A stretch of DNA of 20,870 nucleotides, from NCBI GenBank assembly GCA_033551855.1, contig JAWSUI010000059.1, positions 1 to 20,870 on the forward strand. The letters are read 5' to 3'. Positions 10,892-19,529 of the stretch are shown one piece after another. The notes beneath the pieces were generated by a model. That model had not been told where the DNA came from, searched no databases, and saw only the letters and a list, made by a program, of their open reading frames with translations. The position numbers were made by a program, and so were the translations under genes. The first letter of the stretch is position 1, and every line of letters begins with the position of its first letter. This stretch comes from Deferrisomatales bacterium. Lineage in GTDB: Bacteria; Desulfobacterota; Deferrisomatia; Deferrisomatales; JACRMM01.

Positions 10892-13438
10892 TCAGTGGGC
10901 GTCGTACCAGTTCGGCCCGCAACCCGCGTCCACGACCAGCGGCACCGCCAACGCGGCTGCACCCTCCATGGCCTCCACCACTGCCCGGCGGGCCTCGTCC
11001 GCCTCGGACGCGGCCACCTCGAACACCAACTCGTCGTGGACCTGCAGGACCAGGTGGGCCTCCGAGCCCCGCTGCCGGTGCGCGCGGTCCGCGCGCACCA
11101 TCGCCCTCTTGATCAGGTCGGCGGCGGTTCCCTGGATGGGGGTGTTGACGGCCATCCTCTCCCCCAGCTCCCGCTGGGCCCGGTTGCGGGACCCGAGCTC
11201 GGGGAGCGGGCGGCGACGGCCAAAGAGAGTCTCCGCGTACCCAAGCCGCCTGGCCGCGTCCACGAGACCCTCGAGATACCTCCGAACGGAGGGAAACTGC
11301 TGGAAGTATGCGTCGATCATGGCCCGGGCCGACGCGCGGGAGATGCCCAGCTGCCGTGCCAGGCCGAAGGGGCTCATCCCGTAGAGGATCCCGAAGTTCA
11401 CCGTCTTGGCCTCGCGGCGCATCCGGTCGTCGACGTCCCTCGGTCGGACCCCGAAGAGGCGGCTCGCCGTCTCCGAGTGGACGTCGCGGCCCGCCCGGAA
11501 GACCGCTACCAGGGCCGGGTCGCCGCTCAGGTGCGCCAGGATCCGCAACTCCACCTGAGAGTAGTCCGCCGACAGGAGCACGCAGCCTTCTTCCGCGACG
11601 AAGGCCTCTCGAATCCTTCGCCCCTCGTCCCCCCGGACCGGGATGTTCTGCAGATTGGGACGGCTCGAGCTCAACCGTCCCGTCGCGGCCACCGTCTGGT
11701 GGAAGCGGGCGTGGATGCGGCCCGTGCCGGGGTCGACCAGGGCGGGCAAGACGTCGATGAAGGCGCTCTTGAGCTTCGAGAGGCTCCGGTGCTCGAGGAC
11801 CACCCGGGGCAGCGGGTGGTCCAGCGCCAGCTCCTCCAGCACCTCGGCGTCCGTGGAGTACCCGGTTGCCGTCTTCTTCACCACGGGCAGCTTGAGCTTG
11901 TCGAAGAGCACCGACGCCAGTTGGCGCGGGCTCTGGGGGTTGAACTCTTCCCCCGCCAGGTCGAAGATCCGCCGTTCGAGCCCCTCGAGCCGGCACTGGT
12001 ACTCCCGGCTCAGCCGGTCGAGAGCCCCGGCGTCCACCTTCACCCCACGAGTCTCCATCCGGCCAAGCACCGGGATCAGGGGGTTTTCGATCTCGCGATA
12101 GAGGCCCAGGAGCCCCGCCGCGGCGAGCTCCCCCTCCAGCCGGGCGGCCAGGCCCAGCGCGGTGCGGGCCCGTTGCACCGCCCTCTCCGCCGGCGTTCCG
12201 CCCGTCCCGGGGTCGAGGCCCCGTTCCCGGGAGAGGTCCTCTTCGGGATAGGCGCGCCGACCCGGGAGGAGAAGGTACGCGGCCACCTCGGTATCCAGGG
12301 CGATGCCCGCGAGCTCCGTCCCCCGCCGGGACAGCTGCGACCAGGCGCCCTGGAGCCGGTGCCCCACCACCGGCACCGAGGGGTCCGCAAGGAGGCTGCT
12401 CCAGGCCTCGGGGATCCCCGCGGCCGGTGCCGCCACGGCGTCGTCCCCCCTCGCCAGCCCCCAGAGCCCGGCGTCCTCCCCGGCGGCCACGGCAAGCCAC
12501 CCGGCAGGAGCTTCGGGGACACCGGCGGCGGCCCCTGCGCCCTCCGAATCGGTTCCCGGCCCCGCCCCGCCGCCCGGATTCTTCCCCTCCTCGTCGAGAC
12601 CCAGCTCACGGAGGAAGCGGTGGAGCTCGAGCTCTCGAAAAAGAGCCGCCAGGGCCGGGCGATCCGGGGATCGCGGCCGCAGATCCTCGGCGCCCGCGTC
12701 GACGGGCACCGCAGTGTCGATGGTCACCAGCTCCCGGTTGCCCAGCGCCCGCTGCCCGTGCTCCCGAAGGGCCTCTCCCCGCTTTCCCTTCACCTCTTCC
12801 GCCCGGGCCACCACCCCCTCGAGGCCGCCGTACGCCGCCACCAGCTTTGCCGCCGTCTTGGGCCCGATCCCGGGCACCCCGGGGATGTTGTCCACCGGGT
12901 CGCCGGTGAGGGCGAGCACGTCCACCACCCTCTCCGGCGGGACGCCGAACCGCTCGGCCACCTCTTCGGGGCCGCTGAACCGGTCCCGCATGGTGTCGAG
13001 CAGCCGGATGCGGGGCCCCACCAACTGGCAGAAGTCCTTGTCCCCCGTGACCAGGGTGACCTCCTCCCCGGCCTCGGCGAGGCGGCGGGCCAGGGTCCCG
13101 AGCACGTCATCGGCTTCCAGGCCGGGCAGGGTCAGCACCGGCACGCCCAAGGCGGCCAGCGCCCGATGGACGTAGGGAATCTGGACAATCAGGTCCTCGG
13201 GGGTCGCCTCCCGGTTGGCCTTGTACTCGGGGAAGAGCCGATGGCGGGCGGTGGGCCCCGGCGGGTCGAACACCACCGCCAGGCCCTCGGGGGCGTGCTC
13301 CCGGAGGACCCGGAAGATCATGGAGAGGAAGCCGTAGACGACGTGGGTTGGAAGACCGGCCGCGGTCCGGAAGCCCTGGAGGGCGTGGTAGGCGCGGTAG
13401 AGCAGGTTCGTGCCGTCGATCAGGAAGTACCTCGCCAT
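10892..13438 (-). CDS. polA: DNA polymerase I (~848 aa)
   Basis: ATG 13438 (or GTG 13447). 5'-3' exonuclease motifs LIDGTNLLYRAYHA, YKANR, EADDVLGTL and DNIPGVPGIGPKTA. Polymerase motifs TGRLSSSRPNLQNIP, SADYSQVELRILAH, RREAKTVNFGILYG and LQVHDELVFE. Confidence 0.98.
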   Translation of the reverse strand: MARYFLIDGTNLLYRAYHALQGFRTAAGLPTHVVYGFLSMIFRVLREHAPEGLAVVFDPPGPTARHRLFPEYKANREATPEDLIVQIPYVHRALAALGVPVLTLPGLEADDVLGTLARRLAEAGEEVTLVTGDKDFCQLVGPRIRLLDTMRDRFSGPEEVAERFGVPPERVVDVLALTGDPVDNIPGVPGIGPKTAAKLVAAYGGLEGVVARAEEVKGKRGEALREHGQRALGNRELVTIDTAVPVDAGAEDLRPRSPDRPALAALFRELELHRFLRELGLDEEGKNPGGGAGPGTDSEGAGAAAGVPEAPAGWLAVAAGEDAGLWGLARGDDAVAAPAAGIPEAWSSLLADPSVPVVGHRLQGAWSQLSRRGTELAGIALDTEVAAYLLLPGRRAYPEEDLSRERGLDPGTGGTPAERAVQRARTALGLAARLEGELAAAGLLGLYREIENPLIPVLGRMETRGVKVDAGALDRLSREYQCRLEGLERRIFDLAGEEFNPQSPRQLASVLFDKLKLPVVKKTATGYSTDAEVLEELALDHPLPRVVLEHRSLSKLKSAFIDVLPALVDPGTGRIHARFHQTVAATGRLSSSRPNLQNIPVRGDEGRRIREAFVAEEGCVLLSADYSQVELRILAHLSGDPALVAVFRAGRDVHSETASRLFGVRPRDVDDRMRREAKTVNFGILYGMSPFGLARQLGISRASARAMIDAYFQQFPSVRRYLEGLVDAARRLGYAETLFGRRRPLPELGSRNRAQRELGERMAVNTPIQGTAADLIKRAMVRADRAHRQRGSEAHLVLQVHDELVFEVAASEADEARRAVVEAMEGAAALAVPLVVDAGCGPNWYDAH

Positions 13439-13537
13439 CGGGCTCACTCCCCCCGGGAGGCCGGTGCCGCCGGCCCGTCGGCGGAACGTCTCTGCGAGGG
13501 CATGTGGCTCCTCCCCTCCCGCCGCGGGGCCGGTGGG

Positions 13538-14512
13538 TCAGCTCTGGAGCACTCGGGCCGCCTCGGGGGCGAAGTAGGTGAGGATCAGGTCCGCCCCAGC
13601 CCGCTTGATCGAGAGCAGGCTCTCCATCATGAGCCCCTGGCCGTCCCCCCACCCCAGTCGCTCCATCGCCTTGACCATGGCGTACTCGCCGCTCACGTTG
13701 TAGGCCGCCGTGGGCAGACCGAAGGTATCCTTTACGCGGCGAATCACGTCCAGGTAGGGCAGGGCCGGCTTCACCATGACGATGTCCGCCCCTTCCCCCA
13801 CGTCCAGCTCCACCTCCCGCAGGGCCTCGCCGCCGTTGGCGGGGTCCATCTGGTAGGAGCGACGGTCCCCGAAGCGGGGGGGCGACTCGGCAGCCTCCCG
13901 GAAGGGCCCGTAGAAGGTGCTCGCGAACTTTGCGGCGTAGGCCATGATGGGTACCCCGGAGAACCCTTCGGTGTCCAGCGCCGTGCGCAGTGCCGCCACC
14001 CGCCCGTCCATCATGTCGGAGGGCGCCACCACGTCCGCCCCTGCACGGGCATGGGAGACCGCCTCCCGGGCCAGGAGCTCGAGGGTGGGGTCGTTGGCCA
14101 CGTCACCGCCTTCGATGACTCCGCAGTGGCCGTGGTCGGTGTACTCGCACAGGCACACGTCGGTGATCACGCACAGGTCGGGGAGCGCATCCTTCAGAGC
14201 CTGGACGGCACGCTGCACGATGCCGTCATCGGCGTACGCCCCAGACCCCAGCGGGTCTTTGCGGTCCGGGATTCCGAAGAGGATCACCGCCGGGACCCCG
14301 AGCCCCCACGCGGCGCGGGCCTCCCCCACGGCCTCGTCCACGGACAACTGGAACTGACCGGGCATGCTCCCGATGGGTTTCCTCACACCGGAGCCCTCCC
14401 GGACGAAGAGGGGGTAGATGAAGTCGGAGGGGGAGAGGGAGGTCTCCCGCACCATGCGGCGCAGGGTCTCGTTGCGGCGGAGCCGCCGCAGGCGGAGGGC
14501 GGGGAAGGGCAT
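13538..14512 (-). CDS. hemB: Porphobilinogen synthase (ALA dehydratase), Cys-rich Zn-site type
   Basis: 324 aa. [67 protein letters not shown]. Confidence 0.98.
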   Translation of the reverse strand: MPFPALRLRRLRRNETLRRMVRETSLSPSDFIYPLFVREGSGVRKPIGSMPGQFQLSVDEAVGEARAAWGLGVPAVILFGIPDRKDPLGSGAYADDGIVQRAVQALKDALPDLCVITDVCLCEYTDHGHCGVIEGGDVANDPTLELLAREAVSHARAGADVVAPSDMMDGRVAALRTALDTEGFSGVPIMAYAAKFASTFYGPFREAAESPPRFGDRRSYQMDPANGGEALREVELDVGEGADIVMVKPALPYLDVIRRVKDTFGLPTAAYNVSGEYAMVKAMERLGWGDGQGLMMESLLSIKRAGADLILTYFAPEAARVLQS

Positions 14513-14523
14513 GGGATCCTCGG

Positions 14524-14565
14524 CAGTTGTGTGTTTCCAGTGATCGGTGCTGTGTGATGCGTGAT
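14524..14565. repeat. Degenerate 7-bp tandem repeat upstream of hemB
   Basis: CAGTTGT GTGTTTC CAGTGAT CGGTGCT GTGTGAT GCGTGAT; consensus NNGTGAT, best conserved in the last four units. Confidence 0.55.
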
Positions 14566-14591
14566 CAGCCGTCCGGGGCGATCGACCGCCG

Positions 14592-14915
14592 TCACCCGTA
14601 CCGGTAGCAGATCCCCATCCCCCCCATGGGGTAGCGCCAGGTGATGTTCCCGTGGGGGCAGACCAAGCGGCAGGTGCCGCACTCGAGGCAGTTCTCGAAG
14701 CGGATCGTCACCCGGCCCTCCTCGTCGCTCCACCGGTAGGTCTCCGCCGGGCAGGTGACCACACAATCCCGGCCCTCGCACCCAGCGCACCGCAGGGGAT
14801 CGGCGAGCCCCAGGTGGGAGACCGCGTCGGGCCGCGTCTCGTCCGCGAAGAGGCGCTCCTCCACCGTCACCCGCTTCCCCGCGGGCGGAACGGCCCGCTC
14901 GGCGTCACCGCTCAC
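14592..14915 (-). CDS. fixX: FixX-family ferredoxin-like protein (107 aa)
   Basis: GTG after AGGAGG. Cys motifs [15 protein letters not shown] and [12 protein letters not shown]. The C-terminus [15 protein letters not shown] is FixX-typical, and the gene follows fixC. Confidence 0.9.
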   Translation of the reverse strand: MSGDAERAVPPAGKRVTVEERLFADETRPDAVSHLGLADPLRCAGCEGRDCVVTCPAETYRWSDEEGRVTIRFENCLECGTCRLVCPHGNITWRYPMGGMGICYRYG

Positions 14916-14950
14916 GACCCCCTCCTGTAAAGAAACTCACCGTCCTTGAA

Positions 14951-14987
14951 TCCCCTCTCCCACCCGGAGAGGGGCCTGGGGTGAGGG
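14951..14987 (-). repeat. REP/BoxC-like palindromic element
   Basis: The minus strand reads CCCTCACCCCAGGCCCCTCTCCGGGTGGGAGAGGGGA, with a perfect 9-bp stem CCCCTCTCC (14952-14960) / GGAGAGGGG (14966-14974). Confidence 0.7.
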
Positions 14988-15048
14988 CGACCGGCCCGCG
15001 ACCGGTCAGGGTTTCATCCCTTGGGGCGACCCGAAGGTCATGGGCAAC

Positions 15049-16425
15049 TCACCAGTTCTTCGCCAGGTACTCCAGGATCCGGTCGGTCTTGCCGTACCCG
15101 AGCACCCGCAGGGCGTTTCGCAGCTGCACCCCGGTGGCGGCGAAGGGCAGGATCCCGACCCTGCGCTGGAAGAGCTCCCAGAGCTCTCCGCCCCTCTCGG
15201 AGCGGGGGGTGCCCCCCACCCGCAGCAGGGCCTCCGCCGCCGCGGCCAGGGCCCCGGGCCAGCGGGAGAAGACGTGGGGGTTTGCCTCCACGAACCGCGG
15301 CCAGTCTCGGTAGTGCTCCATGTCTCGCAGGACGAAGCTGTCCTCAAGGAACCGCCGGTAACAGGAGAGGGTGGCAGCCGAGAAGTCCTTTGCGGCGTGG
15401 GCCGCGAGGGCCGCCCGGCCGGCCATCACCCCGGAGGCCATGGCGTAGTTGGAGCCCTCGTGGTGGGGCGACGTGCTCACCAGGCCGGCCGCGTCCCCCG
15501 CCAGGAGGAAGCCGTCCCGATACAGGAGGGGCAGCCGGTCGTACCCGGTCTCCGGGATCAGGTGCGCGCCGTACTCCAGTAGCTCGGCCCCCTCGAGAAA
15601 TGGTGCCACTGCCGGGTGGGCCTTGAATCGGTCCAGGATCTCCACCGGGCTGAGCCGTCCCTCGGCCAGATCCGAGGGGAAGACGACCACACCCACCGAG
15701 AGGCTCTCCCGGTTCGTGTAGAGGAACCCCGACCCCCGAAGGCCCGCCGTTGCCTCCCCCACGTACTCCCAGGCCGAGCCCTGATCCCCCCGGAGGCCGA
15801 AACGCTCCTCGATCCGCTCCCGGGGCAGCCCCAGGACCTCCTTCACCCCCAGGGCCGCCCGAGCACCCGACGGCTCGGCCCGCATGCCTTCGGCCTCCGC
15901 AAGAAGCGAGACGGCGCCATCGGCCGCGATCACCACCGGTGCGGTCAGGCGTCCGCCCTCGGGGGCCTCCCCCTCGGGCATGCGCACCTGCACCCCAACG
16001 ACCCGGCCACCCTCGTCTTTGAGGGTGCGGTCCACTACGACGCCGGTGACGAGCTCCACCCCCTCGGCCTCCGCGCGGGCCGCCAACCAACGGTCGAAGC
16101 GGGATCGCAGAACCGTGTAGCTGTGGTTGTGGGGGGGGAGGTCCCAGGCCTGGGTCCGAAAGGAGACAGCGGTTTCGGCGCCTTCCGCGAGGACCGACAG
16201 CCCCTTCTTCACCACGTGGCGCTCCAGGGGAGCGCCACCCTCGGCGAAGCCGGGCACCAGCTCGGCGAGGACGTCGGTGTAGAAGACACCGCCCATGAGG
16301 CTCTTCGACCCGGGGTACGGGCCCCGTTCCAGGAGCCCCACCCGAAGACCCCCTCGTGCCATGGCGAGGGCGGCGCTCGCCCCCGCCGGCCCGGCGCCGA
16401 CGACGATGGCGTCGAAGTCGCTCAC
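15049..16425 (-). CDS. fixC: FixC-family FAD-dependent oxidoreductase (ETF:quinone oxidoreductase-like, ~458 aa)
   Basis: GTG 16425 overlaps the hemY stop (GTGA). Motifs: FDAIVVGAGPAG, ERGPYPGSKSLMGG, YTVLRSRFDRWLA, VIAADG, ALGVKEV..LP.ERIEERF, GFLYTNRESLSVG, LEYGAHLIPE, AGDAAG, EGSNYAMASG. Confidence 0.88.
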   Translation of the reverse strand: MSDFDAIVVGAGPAGASAALAMARGGLRVGLLERGPYPGSKSLMGGVFYTDVLAELVPGFAEGGAPLERHVVKKGLSVLAEGAETAVSFRTQAWDLPPHNHSYTVLRSRFDRWLAARAEAEGVELVTGVVVDRTLKDEGGRVVGVQVRMPEGEAPEGGRLTAPVVIAADGAVSLLAEAEGMRAEPSGARAALGVKEVLGLPRERIEERFGLRGDQGSAWEYVGEATAGLRGSGFLYTNRESLSVGVVVFPSDLAEGRLSPVEILDRFKAHPAVAPFLEGAELLEYGAHLIPETGYDRLPLLYRDGFLLAGDAAGLVSTSPHHEGSNYAMASGVMAGRAALAAHAAKDFSAATLSCYRRFLEDSFVLRDMEHYRDWPRFVEANPHVFSRWPGALAAAAEALLRVGGTPRSERGGELWELFQRRVGILPFAATGVQLRNALRVLGYGKTDRILEYLAKNW

Positions 16426-17852
16426 GGCGAACCTCCCCCGGCGCCGCCGGGCCCGCTGCTCAGGGCCTCGAGCACCCGCGGGCCCAGGACCGCCCCGTGG
16501 GCGGTGCAGTCGTTGATGCCGATGCCATAGTAGGCATTGCCGCCCAGGAACAGGCCGCCCAGGGCGCCGACCCTGCCCTCCACCTCCTGCAGCCGGGCGT
16601 CGTGCCCGACCACGTACTGGGGGATCGCCCGGGGCCAACGGACCACCTTCACGAAGGTGGGAGCGGCCCGAATGCCGAGGGTCCAGGCAAGCTCATCCCT
16701 CACGACCTGGAGCAACTCCTCGTCGCCCAGGCCCACGAGCTCCGGATTCCGGGCGCCGCCCAGGATCTGGGTCAGGAGCACGCCCCCCTTCGGGGCCCGC
16801 CGGGCAAAGATCGAGGAGCTCCAGAGGGAGCCCAGGATCTTCCGGCCCTCCGAGGAGGGGATCAGGAAGCCGAACCCGTCCAGGGGGTGGGACACGTCCT
16901 CCCGGCGGAAGCCGGTGCACACCACGGCCGCCGGAACGTACGGGATCGCGTAGAGGCGATCGGCGAGATTCGGGTCCTGGTCGCGCAGAAGCCGCGCCGC
17001 GTCGTAGGCGGGCGTGGCCAGCACCACCGCGGCGGCCTCCAGACGGCTCCCGTCTTCCGTGCGCACCACCCAGCCCCCCTGGGGGCCCCGCTCCAGGGCC
17101 TCGGCCCCTGCCCCGGTGCGCACGCTGCCCTGGGGAAGGGTCCCGGCGAGCTCCGAGACGAGCTCCCCGGCCCCCTCCTGCAGGCTCCACAGCACACCGC
17201 CGGGCCCCGCGGACTGGGGCCCCTTGACCCCCATCGCCTTGGCCATCTTCTGCATGGCCAGCATGCCCTTGAGCAGCCCGCCGAATTGGGCCTCGAGCTG
17301 GGCCACTTTGGGAAAACAGCTCCGCAGGCTCATCACGCTCGGGTCGCCCGCGTAGATTCCTGCGCTCATGGGGTCGATGAGCTTTTCCAAGGCCTCGTCC
17401 CCCAAGCGTCTGCGGACGAAGGCGGCCACCGACTCGTCTTCCCGGCCGCCGCCCTGGGGGAGAAGGAACTCGGCCGCGAGCCGCAGCTTTCCCCGGATGG
17501 AGAGGAGGTCGGAGAGCAGGAAGCTCACCGGATCTTCCGGCAGGGCCTTGAGCTCTCCCCCCGTGAAGACGAAGCGCTTCCGCGCCTCGTCATTGGACCT
17601 GAGGAGCTTCCGATCCGCCGAGAGACGCTTCACCAGGGCGAGGGTGGAGGGCTTGTTGTCGAGGAAGCCGTTGGGGCCGTGCTCGCACAGGAAACCCTGT
17701 TCCCGGGTGGACCGGATCTTCCCGCCGAGCAGGGGCTCCTTCTCCGCAAGGGCCAATTCCAGGGGTACGGAGCGCTTCGCGGCCTCGTCCAGCACAGCCC
17801 GGGCGGCCGCCAGCCCCGACAGGCCGCCCCCTACGATCACGACGCGTCGCAT
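16422..17852 (-). CDS. hemY: HemY-type protoporphyrinogen/coproporphyrinogen oxidase (~476 aa)
   Basis: ATG 17852 after GAGGAG. Motifs: VVIVGGGLSGL, LGGKIRS, EHGPNGFL, AGIYAGDP, GFGFLIP, RWPRAIPQYVVGH, GNAYYGIGINDC. Confidence 0.95.
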   Translation of the reverse strand: MRRVVIVGGGLSGLAAARAVLDEAAKRSVPLELALAEKEPLLGGKIRSTREQGFLCEHGPNGFLDNKPSTLALVKRLSADRKLLRSNDEARKRFVFTGGELKALPEDPVSFLLSDLLSIRGKLRLAAEFLLPQGGGREDESVAAFVRRRLGDEALEKLIDPMSAGIYAGDPSVMSLRSCFPKVAQLEAQFGGLLKGMLAMQKMAKAMGVKGPQSAGPGGVLWSLQEGAGELVSELAGTLPQGSVRTGAGAEALERGPQGGWVVRTEDGSRLEAAAVVLATPAYDAARLLRDQDPNLADRLYAIPYVPAAVVCTGFRREDVSHPLDGFGFLIPSSEGRKILGSLWSSSIFARRAPKGGVLLTQILGGARNPELVGLGDEELLQVVRDELAWTLGIRAAPTFVKVVRWPRAIPQYVVGHDARLQEVEGRVGALGGLFLGGNAYYGIGINDCTAHGAVLGPRVLEALSSGPGGAGGGSP

Positions 17853-17883
17853 CCACGCTCCTCGCTCGGAAAGTGCGGCGGTC

Positions 17884-17913
17884 ACGATACGCGGCGCCCG
17901 CCGGGGCGGTCAA
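17884..17913 (-). promoter_or_regulatory. Putative sigma70 promoter for hemY-fixC-fixX-hemB
   Basis: The minus strand reads TTGACC-18 nt-TATCGT, about 30 nt upstream of the hemY ATG. Confidence 0.6.
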
Positions 17914-17927
17914 GGGGGTTGCCCCCT

Positions 17928-18129
17928 GGATCCACCGCCTGGCAAGTGCTCGGGGTCGGGGAGCCCCGCCGCTCCGCCCCTCAGTCCGCGATATCCGGAC
18001 GAGGCATTGGGGAGGAAGCGGGTCCGCCCAGCCTCACCCGGTTCTGCGGGCTTGGGCCCATCGGTCGAGGCGGTTCGGGGCGGCGCTCCACGGCTCCCCG
18101 ACCCCGCCCAAGAGCCTGACGGTCGATTC
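17928..18129 (-). repeat. Dispersed intergenic repeat, copy 2 (inverted orientation)
   Basis: The reverse complement reads ...GGGGTCGGGGAGCC...CCGCCTCGACCGA...ACCGGG...CGCGGAC...GGAGCGGCGGGGCTCCCCGACCCCGAGC...CGGTGGATCC, collinear with copy 3. It has a perfect 15-bp internal inverted repeat at 17951-17965 / 18092-18106. Confidence 0.7.
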
Positions 18130-18237
18130 TGGCCCCTGGATTCAACGACGTCCGGGGCCGCGGGGCCGAAAGCACCTGCGCCCCACTGCGCCATCCGCGA
18201 CGCTCCGAGCCGGTGCCCCCGGGGGTAGGGGGCGCGG

Positions 18238-19158
18238 TCAGGGTTCCCGGCAGAGGCTGCGGGCCACACGCGCACCGAGCCCCGCGTTGGCGACCAGGAG
18301 TGCCCGGTTCGCCTCGACGGTCGCCCCGCCCGAGGCGTGGGCCAGCGCGGAGAGAAGGGCCGGGGTGACTCCCGGCCCGGAGAGACCGCTCCCTCCGGCC
18401 GCTGCCAGTGACGACGCCAAGCTGCGCTCCACGGCCTCCCGGGGCACGGCCACCCCCGCCGGAGGCGGGTTGGCGAGGAGCACCGCCTGGGGCAGCCCCA
18501 AGGCATCTCGGCACCGCACCACACGGGCCGCTTCCTCGGGGGTGTCCGCCCGGTGACGCAGGCCCAGACCGGACGACGTGCTGACGAAGGCCGGAAGCTC
18601 GTCCGTTCGATAGCCCACCACGCAGACGCCCAGCGCCTCCAGGAGCTGCAGGGTCTTGGGCAGGTCGAGGATGACCTTGGCCCCGGAGCAGACTACGCAC
18701 CCGCCGAAGCGGGCCAGGGCGCCCAGATCACCGGAAATGTCGAAGCTCGTCCCGCCGCCCCGGTGGACTCCCCCGATGCCGCCCGTCGCGAAGACCCGGA
18801 TCCCTGCCCACCGGCAAGCCCACAGGGTGGCGGCGACCGTAGTGCCCGCGTCGGCACCCCGGGCCGCCAAGGCGGGGAGGTCGGCGACCCCGGCCTTGCA
18901 CGCGCTTTCCTCCCCCGCCAGGGTTTCGGCCTCGGCCTCTCCGAGCCCGACCCGCAGGACACCCCCCAGGACGGCAACGGCCGCAGGCACCGCCCCTGCG
19001 GCGCGCACCGCGTCCTCCATCGCCCGGAAGGTCTCGAGGTTGGCGGGCCTGGGGAGCCCATGGGTCAGGAAGGCCGTCTCCAAGGCCACCACCGGGCGGC
19101 CGAGAGCCAGCGCCTCGGCCACGGAAGGCTTGGCGCACGGCGAAGCGGGAGCGGTCAC
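18238..19158 (-). CDS. psuG: Pseudouridine-5'-phosphate glycosidase (PsuG/IndA family, ~306 aa)
   Basis: Start reassigned to GTG 19158 after GGAGGAG. Motifs: PVVALETAFLTHGLPRPAN, GTTVAAT, FATGGIGGVHRG, DISGDL, CSGAKVILDLPKTL, LPAF, VTPALL. Confidence 0.9.
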   Translation of the reverse strand: MTAPASPCAKPSVAEALALGRPVVALETAFLTHGLPRPANLETFRAMEDAVRAAGAVPAAVAVLGGVLRVGLGEAEAETLAGEESACKAGVADLPALAARGADAGTTVAATLWACRWAGIRVFATGGIGGVHRGGGTSFDISGDLGALARFGGCVVCSGAKVILDLPKTLQLLEALGVCVVGYRTDELPAFVSTSSGLGLRHRADTPEEAARVVRCRDALGLPQAVLLANPPPAGVAVPREAVERSLASSLAAAGGSGLSGPGVTPALLSALAHASGGATVEANRALLVANAGLGARVARSLCREP

Positions 19159-19261
19159 GGCATCTCCTCCGGGATGGGGTGCACGGGACCCGGCGAAGGG
19201 TAGCAGAACCCCGGGTCGCCCGGGAGGTCGGGCGGTCGGACGGTCGGGGGCCCGGGAATCA

Positions 19262-19431
19262 AGCTCCACCCGTTTTTCGGGCCGGACCGGGGAGCCTCGG
19301 AGACACGTACCGGCTCGACCGACCCGCCGAGCCCGGCGCACCGGGACCCCGGGGGACACCCCCTCGAAGGGCCGCGGACGCCGGGGGGAGCGGAGGGGCT
19401 CCCCGGATCCGAGCGCGTGTCCGGTAGATCC
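19262..19431 (+). repeat. Dispersed intergenic repeat, copy 3
   Basis: 19310-19359 matches 20821-20870 at 43/50 positions without gaps. Internal inverted repeat CCGGGGAGCC (19287-19296) / GGCTCCCCGG (19397-19406). Confidence 0.8.
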
Positions 19432-19434
19432 TGC

Positions 19435-19490
19435 GGAATTCCACCGTTGGGAATTCCACCCGTGCTCCCCTGCGCCGGCCATGGTAGCAT
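19435..19490 (+). promoter_or_regulatory. Candidate mtnA promoter region: tandem GGAATTCCACC boxes plus an extended -10
   Basis: GGAATTCCACC occurs at 19435-19445 and 19450-19460. TGgTAGCAT lies at 19482-19490, about 40 nt before the mtnA ATG. The -35 (GTGCTC) is weak. Confidence 0.45.
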
Positions 19491-19529
19491 CGGGGAGCCC
19501 TCCCGAAACCGATCCCCCACGGAGATCCC

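Noticed and set aside
10102..10962. ORFs across the polA-zapB gap (286, 149, 90, 73 and 61 aa)
   Set aside because: They are low-complexity with no recognisable motifs; the region is better explained by repeats and the zapB promoter.
10895..14557. 1220-aa plus-strand ORF
   Set aside because: It is the antisense shadow of polA and hemB, has no recognisable motif, and such ORFs are expected in very GC-rich DNA.
15049..16425. Alternative call as geranylgeranyl reductase
   Set aside because: ERG..PGSK..GG, GVKEV, GFLYTN and EY.AHLIPE plus an adjacent FixX fit FixC better.
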